Source: Haliotis cracherodii | Lineage: Eukaryota | Reading direction: 5' to 3' | DNA length: 64,000 nucleotides | Assembly (NCBI RefSeq): GCF_022045235.1 | Contig: NW_027266270.1 | Span: 34,906,001 to 34,970,000, forward strand | In this document: piece by piece, positions 13,797 through 25,929 of the stretch | How positions within the stretch are numbered: position 1 is the first letter of the stretch | Layout: each line of letters begins with the position of its first letter | The notes under the pieces: generated by a model | Told to the model about the DNA's origin: nothing | Databases searched by the model: none | The model's input: the letters and a program-made list of their open reading frames with translations, nothing else | Program-made: the position numbers and the translations under genes

Positions 13797-14180
13797 TTCC
13801 GCGAGATGTGTCCCGTGATATAAACTCCATTAATTTCTGATGAGTATTTCAAAATTCCCATGCTGAAGGTTAGGTGAAATGGTGTCAAAGAATATTTCGT
13901 GCACGCACACTGAGATACCATGCCATAGTTTAAACATGGATTCCCCACTCAGACATACATACTGACTCCGAGCCAGTCATGTCTTATTCTGTGTCCTTTA
14001 TATTGAGAGCCAGTCCATGCTACAGAAAGATTGGTAGCACTTGTAGTTCGTTTTCACATGTATATGGTAACTAAAGCAGCTGATGATGTTATTGCCGGTG
14101 TCAGTACGGGTTCGATTCTTGACATGGCACAATGCAACATACAGTTTCAGGTACTAGTACCTGACTGAACACAGTCACGT
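13797..14180 (+). repeat. Dispersed direct repeat; second copy at about 19846-20303
   Basis: Near-identical sequence (cccgtgatataaactccattaatttctgatgag...gactgaacac) at both sites. The second copy has an extra segment of about 80 bp near 20150-20228. Confidence 0.85.
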
Positions 14181-15582
14181 ACTAACCAGTGGTGATCGAG
14201 GGTGAGAGTGCTACAGAACACATGGTTTTTTACGAGCAATAAGCGGTTAGAGATGGTCATCTGTTACTGACATTACTGTAACTGGCAAGGTGTGTGTATT
14301 TAAACAGTCCGTCATGTCTCCCAAGACTTTCTGGGTCATGTTAAATGCCGATGCATTAAAGTCACATTTCATATAATTATAAAAAACACACATCTACATG
14401 GTCCACACACTACTTTCAGAGACAGGCGGTGGTAAACAGTCATCGTTATCAGCCATCACAAAGGCTGCATAAATTACATGTACAGCATTGTTTATAGTTA
14501 CGAAACGTGTCTCTACTGAAGTGTGTCGATATTACACTTTGCATAAAATTGTATGCACACTTTGTTTGTACACATAGACGTAGACATACACATGTCTTTG
14601 TGTATGCTTGCAGTGTTCAGGTATTTTGATGTGCGTTCTTACCGGTACGTGGATAATAGACATATAGTAAAGTTATTCATACAGGACGAACCATTTGCAG
14701 TGCAATTGAAAAGAGATCACTGTCGGATATAGGTCGAGCTTAAACCGTTAAAACGTCACCTTTTGGATTCCGAGCTGATTTGTATGACAGTCTAGGGGTG
14801 TCCCACGCCATGCGATGACACCAGTATCATTTGTGTTGACAAAGGAGAATTTGTGAATGCTCACTCTTTGAAATGTAGCATGTGTACAACTTTACACATG
14901 CTAATATCATTATAAGATTCATAACAGCGGATACAAGTGAAACCTCGACAGTTTGATTTGAATCTGTTGATTATTAGTTTATCCCCGTTTACATGTTGTG
15001 CTGTAACAACACAAACCAATTCAAACACCTTAGTCGTATATCTCGTAGAACAACTTACTGTATGTTTGTGTTTGAGCGTGCTGATATTTGTGTTGACAAA
15101 GGAGAATTTGTGAATGTTCACTCTTTGAAAAGTAGCATGTTTACACCTTTACTCATGCTAATACCATGTGAGATCAATATATTTGAATATGACGAGGAGC
15201 CTTCTGAATACCTGCGGTGTTTTAACGTGTTGTGCATAGATATTGCGTAAAAATAACAAAATCACGCATCCATAGATTCATGTAGCAAGAAACTACGTCT
15301 GTGCTGCTTGTTTAAACATGCCAATATTGAGACAATAAATGTTTCTTCGTTGCAATAATGAAACTAGGATGTGGGCCAAAATCTCAATGTTAGTGTTGAT
15401 TTTGTTGATGGTTGTGTACTGTTGGTTTCACAAGGCATCGCTTCCTTGGAGCAGTCCCATTCGCTGTCTGGGCTGCATGCAAAAGGGGCAAGAGCCCTGA
15501 GCTGATGATGCGCCTAACCAGCCTGGCTGTGCCATGATCACCCAAACCCTTTTAGCTGCATTTTTTATTTTAATCTGTACAT

Positions 15583-15594
15583 ACTACTACTACA

Positions 15595-15656
<62 letters not shown>
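15583..15656. repeat. (ACT)n microsatellite
   Basis: Seen directly. Confidence 0.95.
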
Positions 15657-17428
15657 GTAAAAAGACGACGAGATGTTTCATACATCTGTTATATTTGGTC
15701 ACAGTGAAAACATAGCTGATATTAATCTATGGTAATTCATCTGGCATAATAATTTGCCTCTAATGAAAATAATTTATTAAAAATTTATTAACTTTTGTGA
15801 AGCCTTACATTTAATAGGGGTCGAGCATATGTCACCATTTGAAGTCGTTTTTGCATTGGGAACGACCCTGGGCCTCAAAGAGGGTTAATGCGTGAACTAA
15901 ACACTCAGGTTTAAACTGCTAATAGCATAAAACCATAGGGAAGCCGCCACTCATGTAAGCTGAACTCCTCTGAACAAAATAGCAAATTATCTTTTCAAAG
16001 AACAAAATATTTATGGCCATACAAAATTCAGATGACATATTTGGTAAGTGTATTTCAATGAAGTCAAAACTGTTCTTTGTACAGACCCGTACATGAGAGT
16101 AGGGCCCAATGTTGTTGTTATCAAAACTGAGTTCTTTCTCTACGCCTGCCGCCAGTAGGACGTCACGTGTTTCCAACTTTTTGTATGGTAGATTGCTCAG
16201 ACATATGACATATTCGCATACAGTATTGGGTGGGCTCGCCTGGTCTGGCCATTCGACAAACTGCAATTGAAGGGTAGCAGTATCAAGGCTGCGCCTGGCG
16301 TAATGCGGTGCTACATTTAGAGGACAGGGTTTGGTCACAGATGGTAAGTATCCCTGATTATTTTACTCCTCAGATACTGTTACAGGTTTGTAAAAGTTGA
16401 AAATTTTATGATTAAACACGCCATATAATGCATACATCCAAGTGAATATGTGTTTGAAACCTCAGCATTTGAATTGAACATAATTAAAACAGATTATAAC
16501 GCCAATAATAATGCCTGCCTATGCGTACATATAGTGTTCACATCAGGGATCAACATTCGTATTCCAACTGTCGATTTAAGAGTTACACATTTTGATATTT
16601 TACGTTCAACAGACGCTACATAGGTGTGAATTGCTCATTCACTCTAGAATCAAATGGCAAATGTTCTTTGTCACCAATGCAAATTGTCTGGTGAAATCAA
16701 ACGAAATACATTAGGTGTGTAAACCAACACTGTGCTCGGAAAACTGTACTTGAACTGTAAACAAAGCAAAATTCAGATTTTACACTGTGTAGCATGTTCT
16801 CCTATTTTGAGAGATCCATTCGTCTAATTGTTGCAACATTGGTTCACGCATGAACAGTGAACACACCATTTTGTAAAAGTCGGTCACCACGGCAGTGAAG
16901 TCATACACTAGTAAACATTGTTGTACATATTTCGTAATAACTTTGAGGTGAAAATTATCAACTTGGCATCCAGCAGGTTCTTTGATCTTATCCAGTTTGC
17001 ATTATCATCATCCCCTTGATAATCCACCGAAATGGCGGAAACCTTTTTGTGAAGGGTTACATTATTTATGAGTAGTAAGCCGTACATCGGATGGCGTCAC
17101 TTATGACCGTGGTGGTATGTATTAATGCGCCACTGAGGTCATGAGAATAGAATACACAAAATACATCGATTCGATGCTAAAAACGGTGCGAGTTTAGGGT
17201 GTGTAAGAAACAGATTACTGCAGTCGTTCCTTTCAGACACCATTTATCTTACAACTCGTTGTTTGAAAGCAGATCTAACTCGCTTTCGTCTTTACTTTTT
17301 CGAGGCCGTTTTGACCTGCACCCTTACTTCTTACGTTAATGTCTTACCCCACTTTCCAACTGAAAGCAGATATTTTTTTATTGATAGTGATGTTAAATGT
17401 TAAATATTAGTTCATAAATATAACGAGA

Positions 17429-17496
17429 TCTCGCGAGAGTGACACTCAATTCAAGATGGCGGCGCCCAGCGAGTGTCGCCAGGGTAACTTGTAAGT
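17429..17496 (+). promoter_or_regulatory. Putative Pol II promoter / first exon: TCTCGCGAGA palindrome, YY1-type CAAGATGGCGGC, splice donors
   Basis: TCTCGCGAGA at 17429-17438 and CAAGATGGCGGC at 17452-17463 sit in a local GC/CpG-rich patch. Candidate donors G|GTAACT (17484) and T|GTAAGT (17491). Confidence 0.5.
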
Positions 17497-18617
17497 GGTA
17501 TAACTGGTAAGTAGTATTCTATGCGATAGTATATGTGACGTAAGGGAGGTAGGTTGCTAGGGGGATGACGGTTAGACGTTAGTCTGGTTGAGAGGGCTGC
17601 TGAGTGCGCACGTACATGTATTGTTGTCAAATATATACCCGAATAAACCACCTTGACTCGAGACATCATCGTTGTGTCATCTGGGCCATATTCCACAAAA
17701 TTCCCCTTTTCTTCCACATTTGCCTGTTCACCCCAGAAACCTACCTCCCTCATGTCACATGTACTATCGCATAGAACATTACTTAAATATTAACCTTTAG
17801 ATTGAATGTTACATGTACAAGGATGTTAGTGAATGTGAACTCTTAACTCTTACACTAATCTTGTTCTCTATTGTTAAGTTAAGACAAACCATATTCCGAT
17901 CTAACAGAGAGAATCCCTCGAGATGGAAAAAAACAAGCAAAATATACTTCAAATTTTCATCAAAAAGGATACTTTTTGGAAGTTAATCCTCATCAGTATT
18001 ATTCATTAGTAACCCAAATAACCAAAGTTTGTTTGGCCGATTGTTGGTTTAAATTCCATACGTGTATTGACTTCATCTTGGATGTCCCACATCTTTTGCA
18101 TAAGATCCCGATTATTACTTTGATTGCTGGTTCACTGTCGGGGATAAGAAAGGGAGATGAGATCTGTCTTACATGTAGAAAACTCTTGCCATAACCATAA
18201 GGAATATCCACTGAGAGAGAGGTCAATAGTACGATTTAAAATCTTTCATAATCATCCGTTTATGGATCACTATCAAACACTGACGATCCCAAGAAAGCCT
18301 TGTTGCGACGGATAAACATATGGCGCCGAAACGAGACACTGTACGTGCGCAATGTGTGGTAGCACCACAAAAGTAGTCCAATTTAGACGTCTTGCATACA
18401 ACTTGATTGAAAAGATACAATGGATTTGATTGAATGTCCCATGCATTACCTGGCTTGCATTGTCATATGGACGTGGCTGGCAAGGAAGCTATAATAGGAC
18501 AATGTAGTATACGGTTTTGTTTGTTGTATAACGTCGCACTACCCATTATATGACACGCTACCAACCAAGTCACCGTGTCTGACTATCCGATCCATTCAGT
18601 TACCTCTTACGACCTGC

Positions 18618-18734
18618 GGGGCGGTGGGGTAGCCTAGTCGTTAAAGTGTTCGCTCGGCACGCCGAAGACCCGTGTTCGATTCCCCACATGGGTACAATGT
18701 GTGAAGCCTATTTCTGGTGTCCCCCACTTACTCA
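18618..18734 (+). mobile_element. Family A tRNA-SINE nested in a minus-strand family B copy
   Basis: tRNA-like head GGGGCGGTGGGGTAGCCTAGTCGTT...GTTCGATTCCC. The 14-bp TSD CTCTTACGACCTGC lies at 18604-18617 and 18735-18748. Confidence 0.85.
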
Positions 18735-21142
18735 CTCTTACGACCTGCATAGGTTGCTGTGGACGGACTTTTACCCGGCATCCCAACTGGTACAATAATC
18801 TCGTAGCTTACATCGATCTTAGTACCGGTCTACCATTAAAGTGTTAAATGCCACCCCTCTGGTTGTTACAGACTAATGTCACTGATAAACACTGTACTTC
18901 AAGGCATACTCGAAAATACACTTGATGTGTTTTATAAATAGACTCCATGTATACCACACATTTCACGCTAAGCTTAACTTAGAATACACTGTCATTGCAT
19001 ATGTTTTCCATCCACTTTATTACTTACAAGTCCCCATGTACTTTTCACAAAGCCGCCCTTTTCACAATTACAAATAGTGCACGACCTTTATAGGGGTTGA
19101 TTAGGCTGAGCTCGCTGTGGTTATCATCTGACATGTAATAGAGATACATCTACTCTTTATAGGGATTGCTAAGGGTGTGCTCCCTCTGCTGCTTCCAAAT
19201 GAAATTTGGTGTGTGATTGGATTAATGTGAGGTTGGATTAAGGTGAGGATTCTCCTGTCAACCTGACAGAGGACATTTTGTTTAGATATAAATCCACTGA
19301 TGCTTGAGAGGAGGGGGTGTCGCATTCATATTGAGCTGCATTTTTGGCTGGGGGCCAACGGTCGCATTCTTTTGGAGACGCATTAATTTCACGTTTTACA
19401 GTATGTATATTTATTCAACAGCTGTGTTTAAAATGCAGTGATATTTTGGTATTACGCCTCTTTTTGGCATGGGCCAGCGAAAAAGCGAGACACGGAAAGT
19501 ACACACTGTACTATGGGGAATCAAACCCTGATAGTGGCCATTATGAACGAACGCTTCAACCACAAAACCATGCAGGTGTCAGTGGGCCTTTTCTGTTGCC
19601 TGGCCGTATTTATGAGTGAGTGAGTGAACGTCACATGTGCTCTATCTCAGGAAAATATTAAAGAGTTGATAAATACTTGTCACAAAGGACAGTAAGATAT
19701 ATCACAACATGTAAAGAAAAAACTAAACATATCAAGTATTAAAACATTCAAATCAACACATTTATCAATATTTCACAGTGGATTATCAGCAACCAAAGTT
19801 AGACCTCCTTACTGGCGACCTTGGGGACTTAGTGTACCTTTGCATTCCGCAAGATGTCCCCGTGATATAAACTCCATTAATTTCTGATGAGTATTTGAAA
19901 ATGTCCATGCTGCAGTTGAGGTGAAATGGTGTCAAAGAATATTTCGTGTACGCACACTGAGATACCATGCCATAGTTTAAACATGGATTCCCACACAGAC
20001 ATACATACTGACTCCGAGCCAGTCATGTCTTATTCTGTGTCCTTAATACCGAGAGCCAGTCCATGCTACAGAAAGATTGGTAGCACTTGTATTTCATTTT
20101 CACATGTATATGGTAACTAAAGCAGCTGATGATGTTATTGTCGGTGTCAATATTCTGATTTCAGCTACGTGCATCTTTAATTATTGTAAATTAAAATTAA
20201 ACCTACAGTTAAAGCGTTAAAGCTGGAGGTACGGGTTCGATTCTTGACATGGCACAATGCAACATACAGTTTCAGATACTAGTGTCTGACTGAACACGGT
20301 CACATCATCAGAGAATTTTCACAACCCTGACATATTCAGCTATACATAATTGGCGTAAGATCATCTATCTATGATGCATTGAAAGAATATAGAAATTGAA
20401 ATAGTCAACTCAGTCTTCATTGTCTGATTTAATGTGTTCTATGTTACCTTTTGTATGAATACAATGTAACGCCAGTTAGGGTAAATATGTATGAGAATTA
20501 ATACAAAAACGTCCTTTTTCATCACCAGTGATAGAATCAGTCTGTAAAACACACGAGTACTTATGAATGTGTCATAGCCTGGCTATGGTTATACCACCCC
20601 TCATATAACAGGTCCCGGATGCACACAGTGTTGCCAGTGAGACCACAGAAAGTCCGCGTGCCCGGGAATACATTAAACGAAAATACAAAAGCTGTGCTTG
20701 AATGTAGATTATAATTAGAAAATTGACTCTGCTATTGCTACCTGTATTATAAATACAAAAAGAAGTGCATACAGGCAGGGGGTATTGATCTGTTATATGA
20801 CTGCATGGCCCCGGATGCACTGCACTGAATAAAATGTCAGTGGGGTTACTTGTAATGGCAACATTTAATAACATATCACAGCCTGTGCTGCATACAACAA
20901 TAGGATTAGGTGTGTCCCCCTCCATGTCACGACAGAAATATTCATAAAATTCCATTACATTTTAGAGCAATGACTATGAATAGCCTTTCACATGTGACAT
21001 CAAATCGGATTCGAACAAATTCAGGTAACATCTTTGTTTGGAACGAGCATGTTTCAACGTCATTGGTCAAGTGGCTTCTCAGGAAGATGATGTTAACAAG
21101 AGGAAATGCATTTTGAGGTAATTTAGGAGCATGGTCGAAGTA

Positions 21143-22205
21143 TACTAGCCACATAAAGAAACTGTGCACGGAGAAAATATATTCTGGATTGAAATACAAC
21201 ACAGCAAGAACAAAATGATGCAGACGCTGTAGCAGCTGAATGATCGGACCATAAGAAAATGTCAACGGGACCTGAACAACATCTGTTACGATGACGTCAG
21301 AAGATCAAAATGGAGTAGGGGGTCAAACGACAAAGTCATAAAGTCAATAACGGGTATGAAACCCCTGTGCGTGAATCATAGCAGTGCATCGGCGACGCAT
21401 GGAGTCCACCAAATGGGCATGGAAGGCCTGGGGAATGGCCTGCCATATCCTCCTCAAATCCTGTGCCAAGTCACGGACGTTATCTGGAGGATGTGGAAGA
21501 CGACGCAGACGGCGCTCCATTTCATCCCACACATGCTCTATTGGGGAGAGATCTGGAGAAATTACATGCCATGGCAGTAACATGACACTGTTATGGTGAA
21601 GGAAATCCATTGCGATCCTAGCCGTGTGAGGACGAGCGTTGTCCTGTTGAAATGTCAATCCCGGGCCATGACGTTGCAGGAAAGGAATGACCACAGGCCT
21701 CAGAATCTGATCTCTGTAGCCAACACCGGTGATATTGCCCTGAACAACCACCAAATGTGTTCGGTGCCGTGCTGTTATCCCACCCCAAATTATCATAGAG
21801 CCACCTCCAAAACAATTCCTCTCCACAATACAGTTGCGTGCATAACGTTCTCTCAAACGCCGGTAGACACGTTGGCGCCCGTCACTGTGGGAAATGTTGA
21901 ACCTAGATTCATCTGTAAAGACAACATTTCTCCACCATATTCGAGGTTGGCGAACATGATTTCGACACCATCTTAGACGGTTGACTCGATGACGGTGTGT
22001 CAGGATGGGACGTATGGCAGGGCGTCGTGGTCGAATCCCGTACTGACGTCCATAGGCCCCCATCAATGACGTCATATCGCATGGCACGTGCATGTGTGTT
22101 TGAATGTCTCCAATAATTGCTGTGTTCAAACCTATCTTTCATATATGGACAGTGTGCCCTTATATCTATATTTTCTCCGTGCACAGTTTTTTTATGTGGC
22201 TAGTA
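21143..22205 (-). mobile_element. Tc1-family DNA transposon, 1,063 bp, internally deleted
   Basis: 39-bp TIRs TACTAGCCACATAAA(G/A)AAACTGTGCACGGAGAAAATATA (21143-21181 and 22167-22205, one mismatch). TA flanks both ends. Confidence 0.9.
21344..22129 (-). CDS. Tc1 transposase, DD34E catalytic domain; N-terminal DNA-binding region largely missing
   Basis: VVFTDESRF, FQQDNARPH and SPDLSPIEHVW are present, with 34 residues between the second D and the E. Confidence 0.85.
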   Translation of the reverse strand: MNTAIIGDIQTHMHVPCDMTSLMGAYGRQYGIRPRRPAIRPILTHRHRVNRLRWCRNHVRQPRIWWRNVVFTDESRFNISHSDGRQRVYRRLRERYARNCIVERNCFGGGSMIIWGGITARHRTHLVVVQGNITGVGYRDQILRPVVIPFLQRHGPGLTFQQDNARPHTARIAMDFLHHNSVMLLPWHVISPDLSPIEHVWDEMERRLRRLPHPPDNVRDLAQDLRRIWQAIPQAFHAHLVDSMRRRCTAMIHAQGFHTRY

Positions 22206-22989
22206 TACAAAGGTCTGACTTTAAATTATCAGAAATAATGGTACATATGTATGATTACATTTGAACAAAAAAAAACTGCCGTGGAGGCCATGTTTAAATT
22301 TAGATTTGACCCCTTTAACATACTGGGTTGTCATCATTTCAGCTTCATTGGTCCAGTGGTTTCCGATGAGAAACAGGCCACGACATAAACGAGATGAGAT
22401 CAGGGGATTTTTTTTGTTTTCTCTCTTTCTGATTGTAACTTATTTAGGAGAAAAATACAGTTTCATTGAAGAGCTACGTTACTTCTAGATGTCACCTCGC
22501 TACAATGAAATAGATCCAAATATGTATTATGTAAATTTTCATATGTTTACATGCCTTAGAACGTTATGCATCCTATCTGATATGAAGGGTATGCATTGGA
22601 ATAGTTTATATACGATCATATTATCGGTACTAAAATAGGATGAAATTGGGTTCACATTGATTTATGTTCATATAAGCTGATAAATCTTTACAATCGGTGC
22701 CTCATAACCTCATTAACCTCATAGAGCTGAGAGTCTGGCTAAGCAAAATACTACGTAAATTGATACTCTGGCATTAGGTCACAAGGTTGATCACTTGCAG
22801 ATTCTTCAGAATATTGTGAGAGGGAGAGTGAGATTATTATGATCACACTTCCGGCAGATCATACTAATTATAGATACATTAACATCTTGTGCAGATCTCT
22901 CTCATCACCCATGGGTTTTGGCAAATCTTAATGGATGTTTTATAAAAAAAAAAGGGAACGCTTGACCAAAACGAACAGACTGAGGTGTC

Positions 22990-23690
22990 ACAATTCCGAA
23001 TGTTAACAACGCGAGTAACCCCTGGGACAGTTTGGGCATGCTCCGTATGAGGCTCCTGATGGTGGCTTCTGGAATGCGTAGCCATTCATCTTGGAGAGCC
23101 AAATACTGTTCATAGGAGGCTGTCGTACATAGTCTTGGAAACCTTTAGAACCCCAGTTTAGCTGTTGGATTTGTGCAACATACATGGATACCTGAGCAGT
23201 GTGAGGACAGTCGCCCCGCCCGCAAACGGTACCGCAACTGGACTCAACGGTAACGGATACCAGTCACCCAGCCAATGAGGTCAGTCCTGTGATCCCAAAC
23301 GTGATCCTGTACAACTCGATCACAGAAAACGTCTATGTGTATTTGTCATTCTGGTGCCTACCAGATGACAACGACTATTGAGAACCTACGATTTGAGGCG
23401 ATTACGGATCGTACGGTCACGACGTCTGACGTGAAGAGTGTTTATAGAGATCCCGTAATGCAATGAGTCTTTTTTCGCGATCTCCACAAGGTTTGGTTTG
23501 GGGCTCCCCTTCACGACCGCGTCTTATCAAAACGTTCCTGTTTGCCTATAGATCGAGGTTCTACATTCGTGACGCCACACTGACCGATATCTAACTGTCT
23601 GCTGCAGTATGTGTCGTTAAGGGTTTCCGGACCCAATGCAACCAACCAACTATCCTTTCTGTCCTGAACTCATGTATCGTCTTACCATGG
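22990..23690 (-). mobile_element. Older, heavily degenerate Tc1-like transposase relic
   Basis: Fragments ALQDEWLRIPEATIRSLIRSM (Tc1 C-terminus-like) and D.PHTA, with many stops and frameshifts. Confidence 0.55.
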
Positions 23691-23906
23691 TTCCACAATG
23701 AAGACACGCCATGGTTGACGATGCACAGGAGATTGACATGATTGCAGCGATTGGTTGTACTGATTGCAGTGTTAAGTTTACAGTCAGCTGTCGACAATTG
23801 AAACGTTCCCATATTCATGACTTCATGAAGTATGTAATAAAATATAAAACACCACACAAGCACACCACATACGCATACGCACGCATATTCAGATACAAGT
23901 CATATA

Positions 23907-23970
23907 AAAGAAAAAGGTTACTGACAGAATAGATAAAGTGGCGTCAGCTTTAAGGAACAGTGGCGGTGGG
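23907..23970 (+). pseudogene. Short duplicated fragment of the Schlafen ORF1 exon
   Basis: aagaaaaaggttactgacagaatagataaagtggcgtcagctttaaggaacagtggcggtggg aligns to about 24887-24949 (KKKVIDRIGKVVSALRNSGGG). Confidence 0.8.
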
Positions 23971-24074
23971 AAGATCTGTATATGAAAATATGTTTTCCAT
24001 TGCAGATGAAAATACAGAAAATCACATGACGCATGTTCAAGGAATGGACAATTCAGGATGAAAAAAAATCTGGC

Positions 24075-25918
24075 ATGGATGACTCTGGTGTGAATGGGAC
24101 AACATCGGCAAAAGATTTGACAGGTAAACTGCATGTAAAAATTCGTATTGTGTGCAGGAAAGCATACACTTACCACCACATATTAGAATTGCAGATATTC
24201 AAAGGTTACTACGTCACAGAAACTCGTAAATCAGTAAGCTTCAAGATTAAACAGTTTAGTTTAAGAACAAATATGTTCTTGTACGACTAACAAACACCAG
24301 TTACACGTCAGCCAAATTGTGTGAAACCTACTTGAAACTATTGGACCCGTAGAGGTCCGGGGTAGAATAGGTCTTCAGCAATCGATGCTTGCTGTAATAG
24401 GCGACGATGCTTGTCGTAACAGGCGACTAACGGGATCGGGTGGTCAGGCCCGATGACTTGGTTGATGCATATCCTCGTATCCCAATTGCGTGGGTCGATG
24501 TTCATGATGTCAACCATCCAGACTCGATTATTTACAGACCGCCGTCATATAGCTGGATTATTGGTGAGTGTGGCGTTAAACAAACAAACAAACTTGAAAC
24601 TATTGACATATTTTATGGATGCTATTTTCTGTGTCAATAACAAAACTGAGTTCTGTCAATGGATTCATTTGCATATTCATGTATGTTTTTTTATTTTGCG
24701 TAAAGTTAATCGTTTATATCACAAGAACACCTGTAGACACAGTAACATTCCCTTTCAGGTTCATGTGAGAAGTGTCAGAGTGTTGAAAGGAGGTATGAGG
24801 ACATATCCTGTGCTCCAAATTTGTTTGTCATTCACACGGAACGCCCTTATATTTGTGCTGGGAAGAGATCTGGACATTTGAGAGAAAAGAAGAAGGTTAT
24901 TGACAGAATAGGTAAAGTGGTGTCGGCTTTAAGGAACAGTGGAGGTGGGCATCTGTTGGTCCATATTGACGGCCAGGAATCGGAAGATAGGTGTCTTGAA
25001 CAGTTTGATGAGGCAATTACAAAGAGTTTGACGGATCTCATTGAAGATGGACAGTTGTATGTAAACATATATAAGCGACAATGGTTGTCGGAGTTGCCTT
25101 TGTCTGATTTTCAAAATGACACTGAATTTATTTGGCTTAATGTGGAAAGTGCTCATGGTGTAGCGACTGTAGATTTCAATACGAAAATAAGAGACGATAT
25201 TGCCAACGAAAATCCCCCATACGTAACAGTGGCATGTTTACTATCCACAACCAAGGCAAGGAGATCACAAAGTGCAGAAGGCCAGAGTACACAAACTGAT
25301 ACTGTAGGCAGCGGTAGTACTGAACATATCGCAACTTTGTTAGAAAACCCACAGCAATATCACGAAAATAGGAACATAGAATACAAGGCATTAAAATCTC
25401 AGATTTTGAAAAAGATCGGGAAAAGTGACTCTGGTTTCGCAGATTACATCTGGACGGACCTGAAACTAAAGTATAATGTGACATCCATGTCAAAGGTGGA
25501 GAACGGGGGTTCATTTTATGTTGGAATTGCTGAGGTGCAAAAGAAATACACAGCACAGTATGGAACCAAAGTGCCGCACATTGAAGGATTTCAATTGACA
25601 GTTGACCCACAGGTTGTAACTAAACTTCTACTTCAAAAACTCAAAGATACCGTTACTGTCTTAAAAGATGGGACTTTCCATGATGCTCCAGATGACCTTA
25701 TCGAGATAACCTTCCACAAGATACCCAGTGGTTACGTGTTAGAAGTTGCCGTGCGTTATTGTGAAGGACTTGTGTTTTATGACAAAGAGGGACCAAGGGC
25801 ATACGAAGTGAAGGGCAATGAAATTCGTCGAATTGATAAAGAAGTGTGGTTGCGACGATTCAGTTTATCTATGAATAACAAAACACTGTGTTTTAAGTGT
25901 AAGGAAAGAGAGTACTGA
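24075..25918 (+). CDS. Schlafen-like (AlbA_2 core) putative RNase, ORF1 copy 1; exons 24075-24123 + 24759-25918, about 402 aa
   Basis: N-lobe VVSALRNSGGGHLLV. C-lobe HENRNIEYK (ExxxxExK), VTSMSKVENGGSFYVGIAE and VLEVAVRYCEGLVF...PRAYEVKGNEIRRIDKEVW, all matching Schlafen-core motifs. Phase-1 intron ACAG|GTAAAC...ccctttcag|GT. The ATG in GGCATGG is conserved in copy 2; another in-frame ATG exists at 24033. Confidence 0.85.
24344..24591 (+). mobile_element. Family B SINE in the ORF1 intron, with TSD
   Basis: TSD ACTTGAAACTATTG at 24330-24343 and 24592-24605. The paralogous intron has an empty site near 59453-59466. Confidence 0.85.
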
Positions 25919-25929
25919 TTTCTTTCAAA

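Noticed and set aside
15919-16338. 139-aa minus-strand ORF
   Set aside because: No recognisable motif or supporting exon structure.
18618-18690. tRNA genes (also at about 10925, 39130 and 53140)
   Set aside because: A and B boxes are present, but they run into SINE bodies with simple-repeat tails or TSDs and no convincing cloverleaf.
24821-25918. ORF-track TTG start implying an intronless or bacterial gene (also 59676, 35883, 28927)
   Set aside because: Each ORF lies at or near a good splice acceptor and joins upstream exons in phase. The non-ATG starts come from the bacterial start-codon set.
25898-25918. Canonical -1 slippery heptamer or simple stop readthrough joining ORF1 to ORF2
   Set aside because: There is no X_XXY_YYZ in the short overlap, and ORF2 is out of frame with ORF1, so readthrough alone cannot fuse them.
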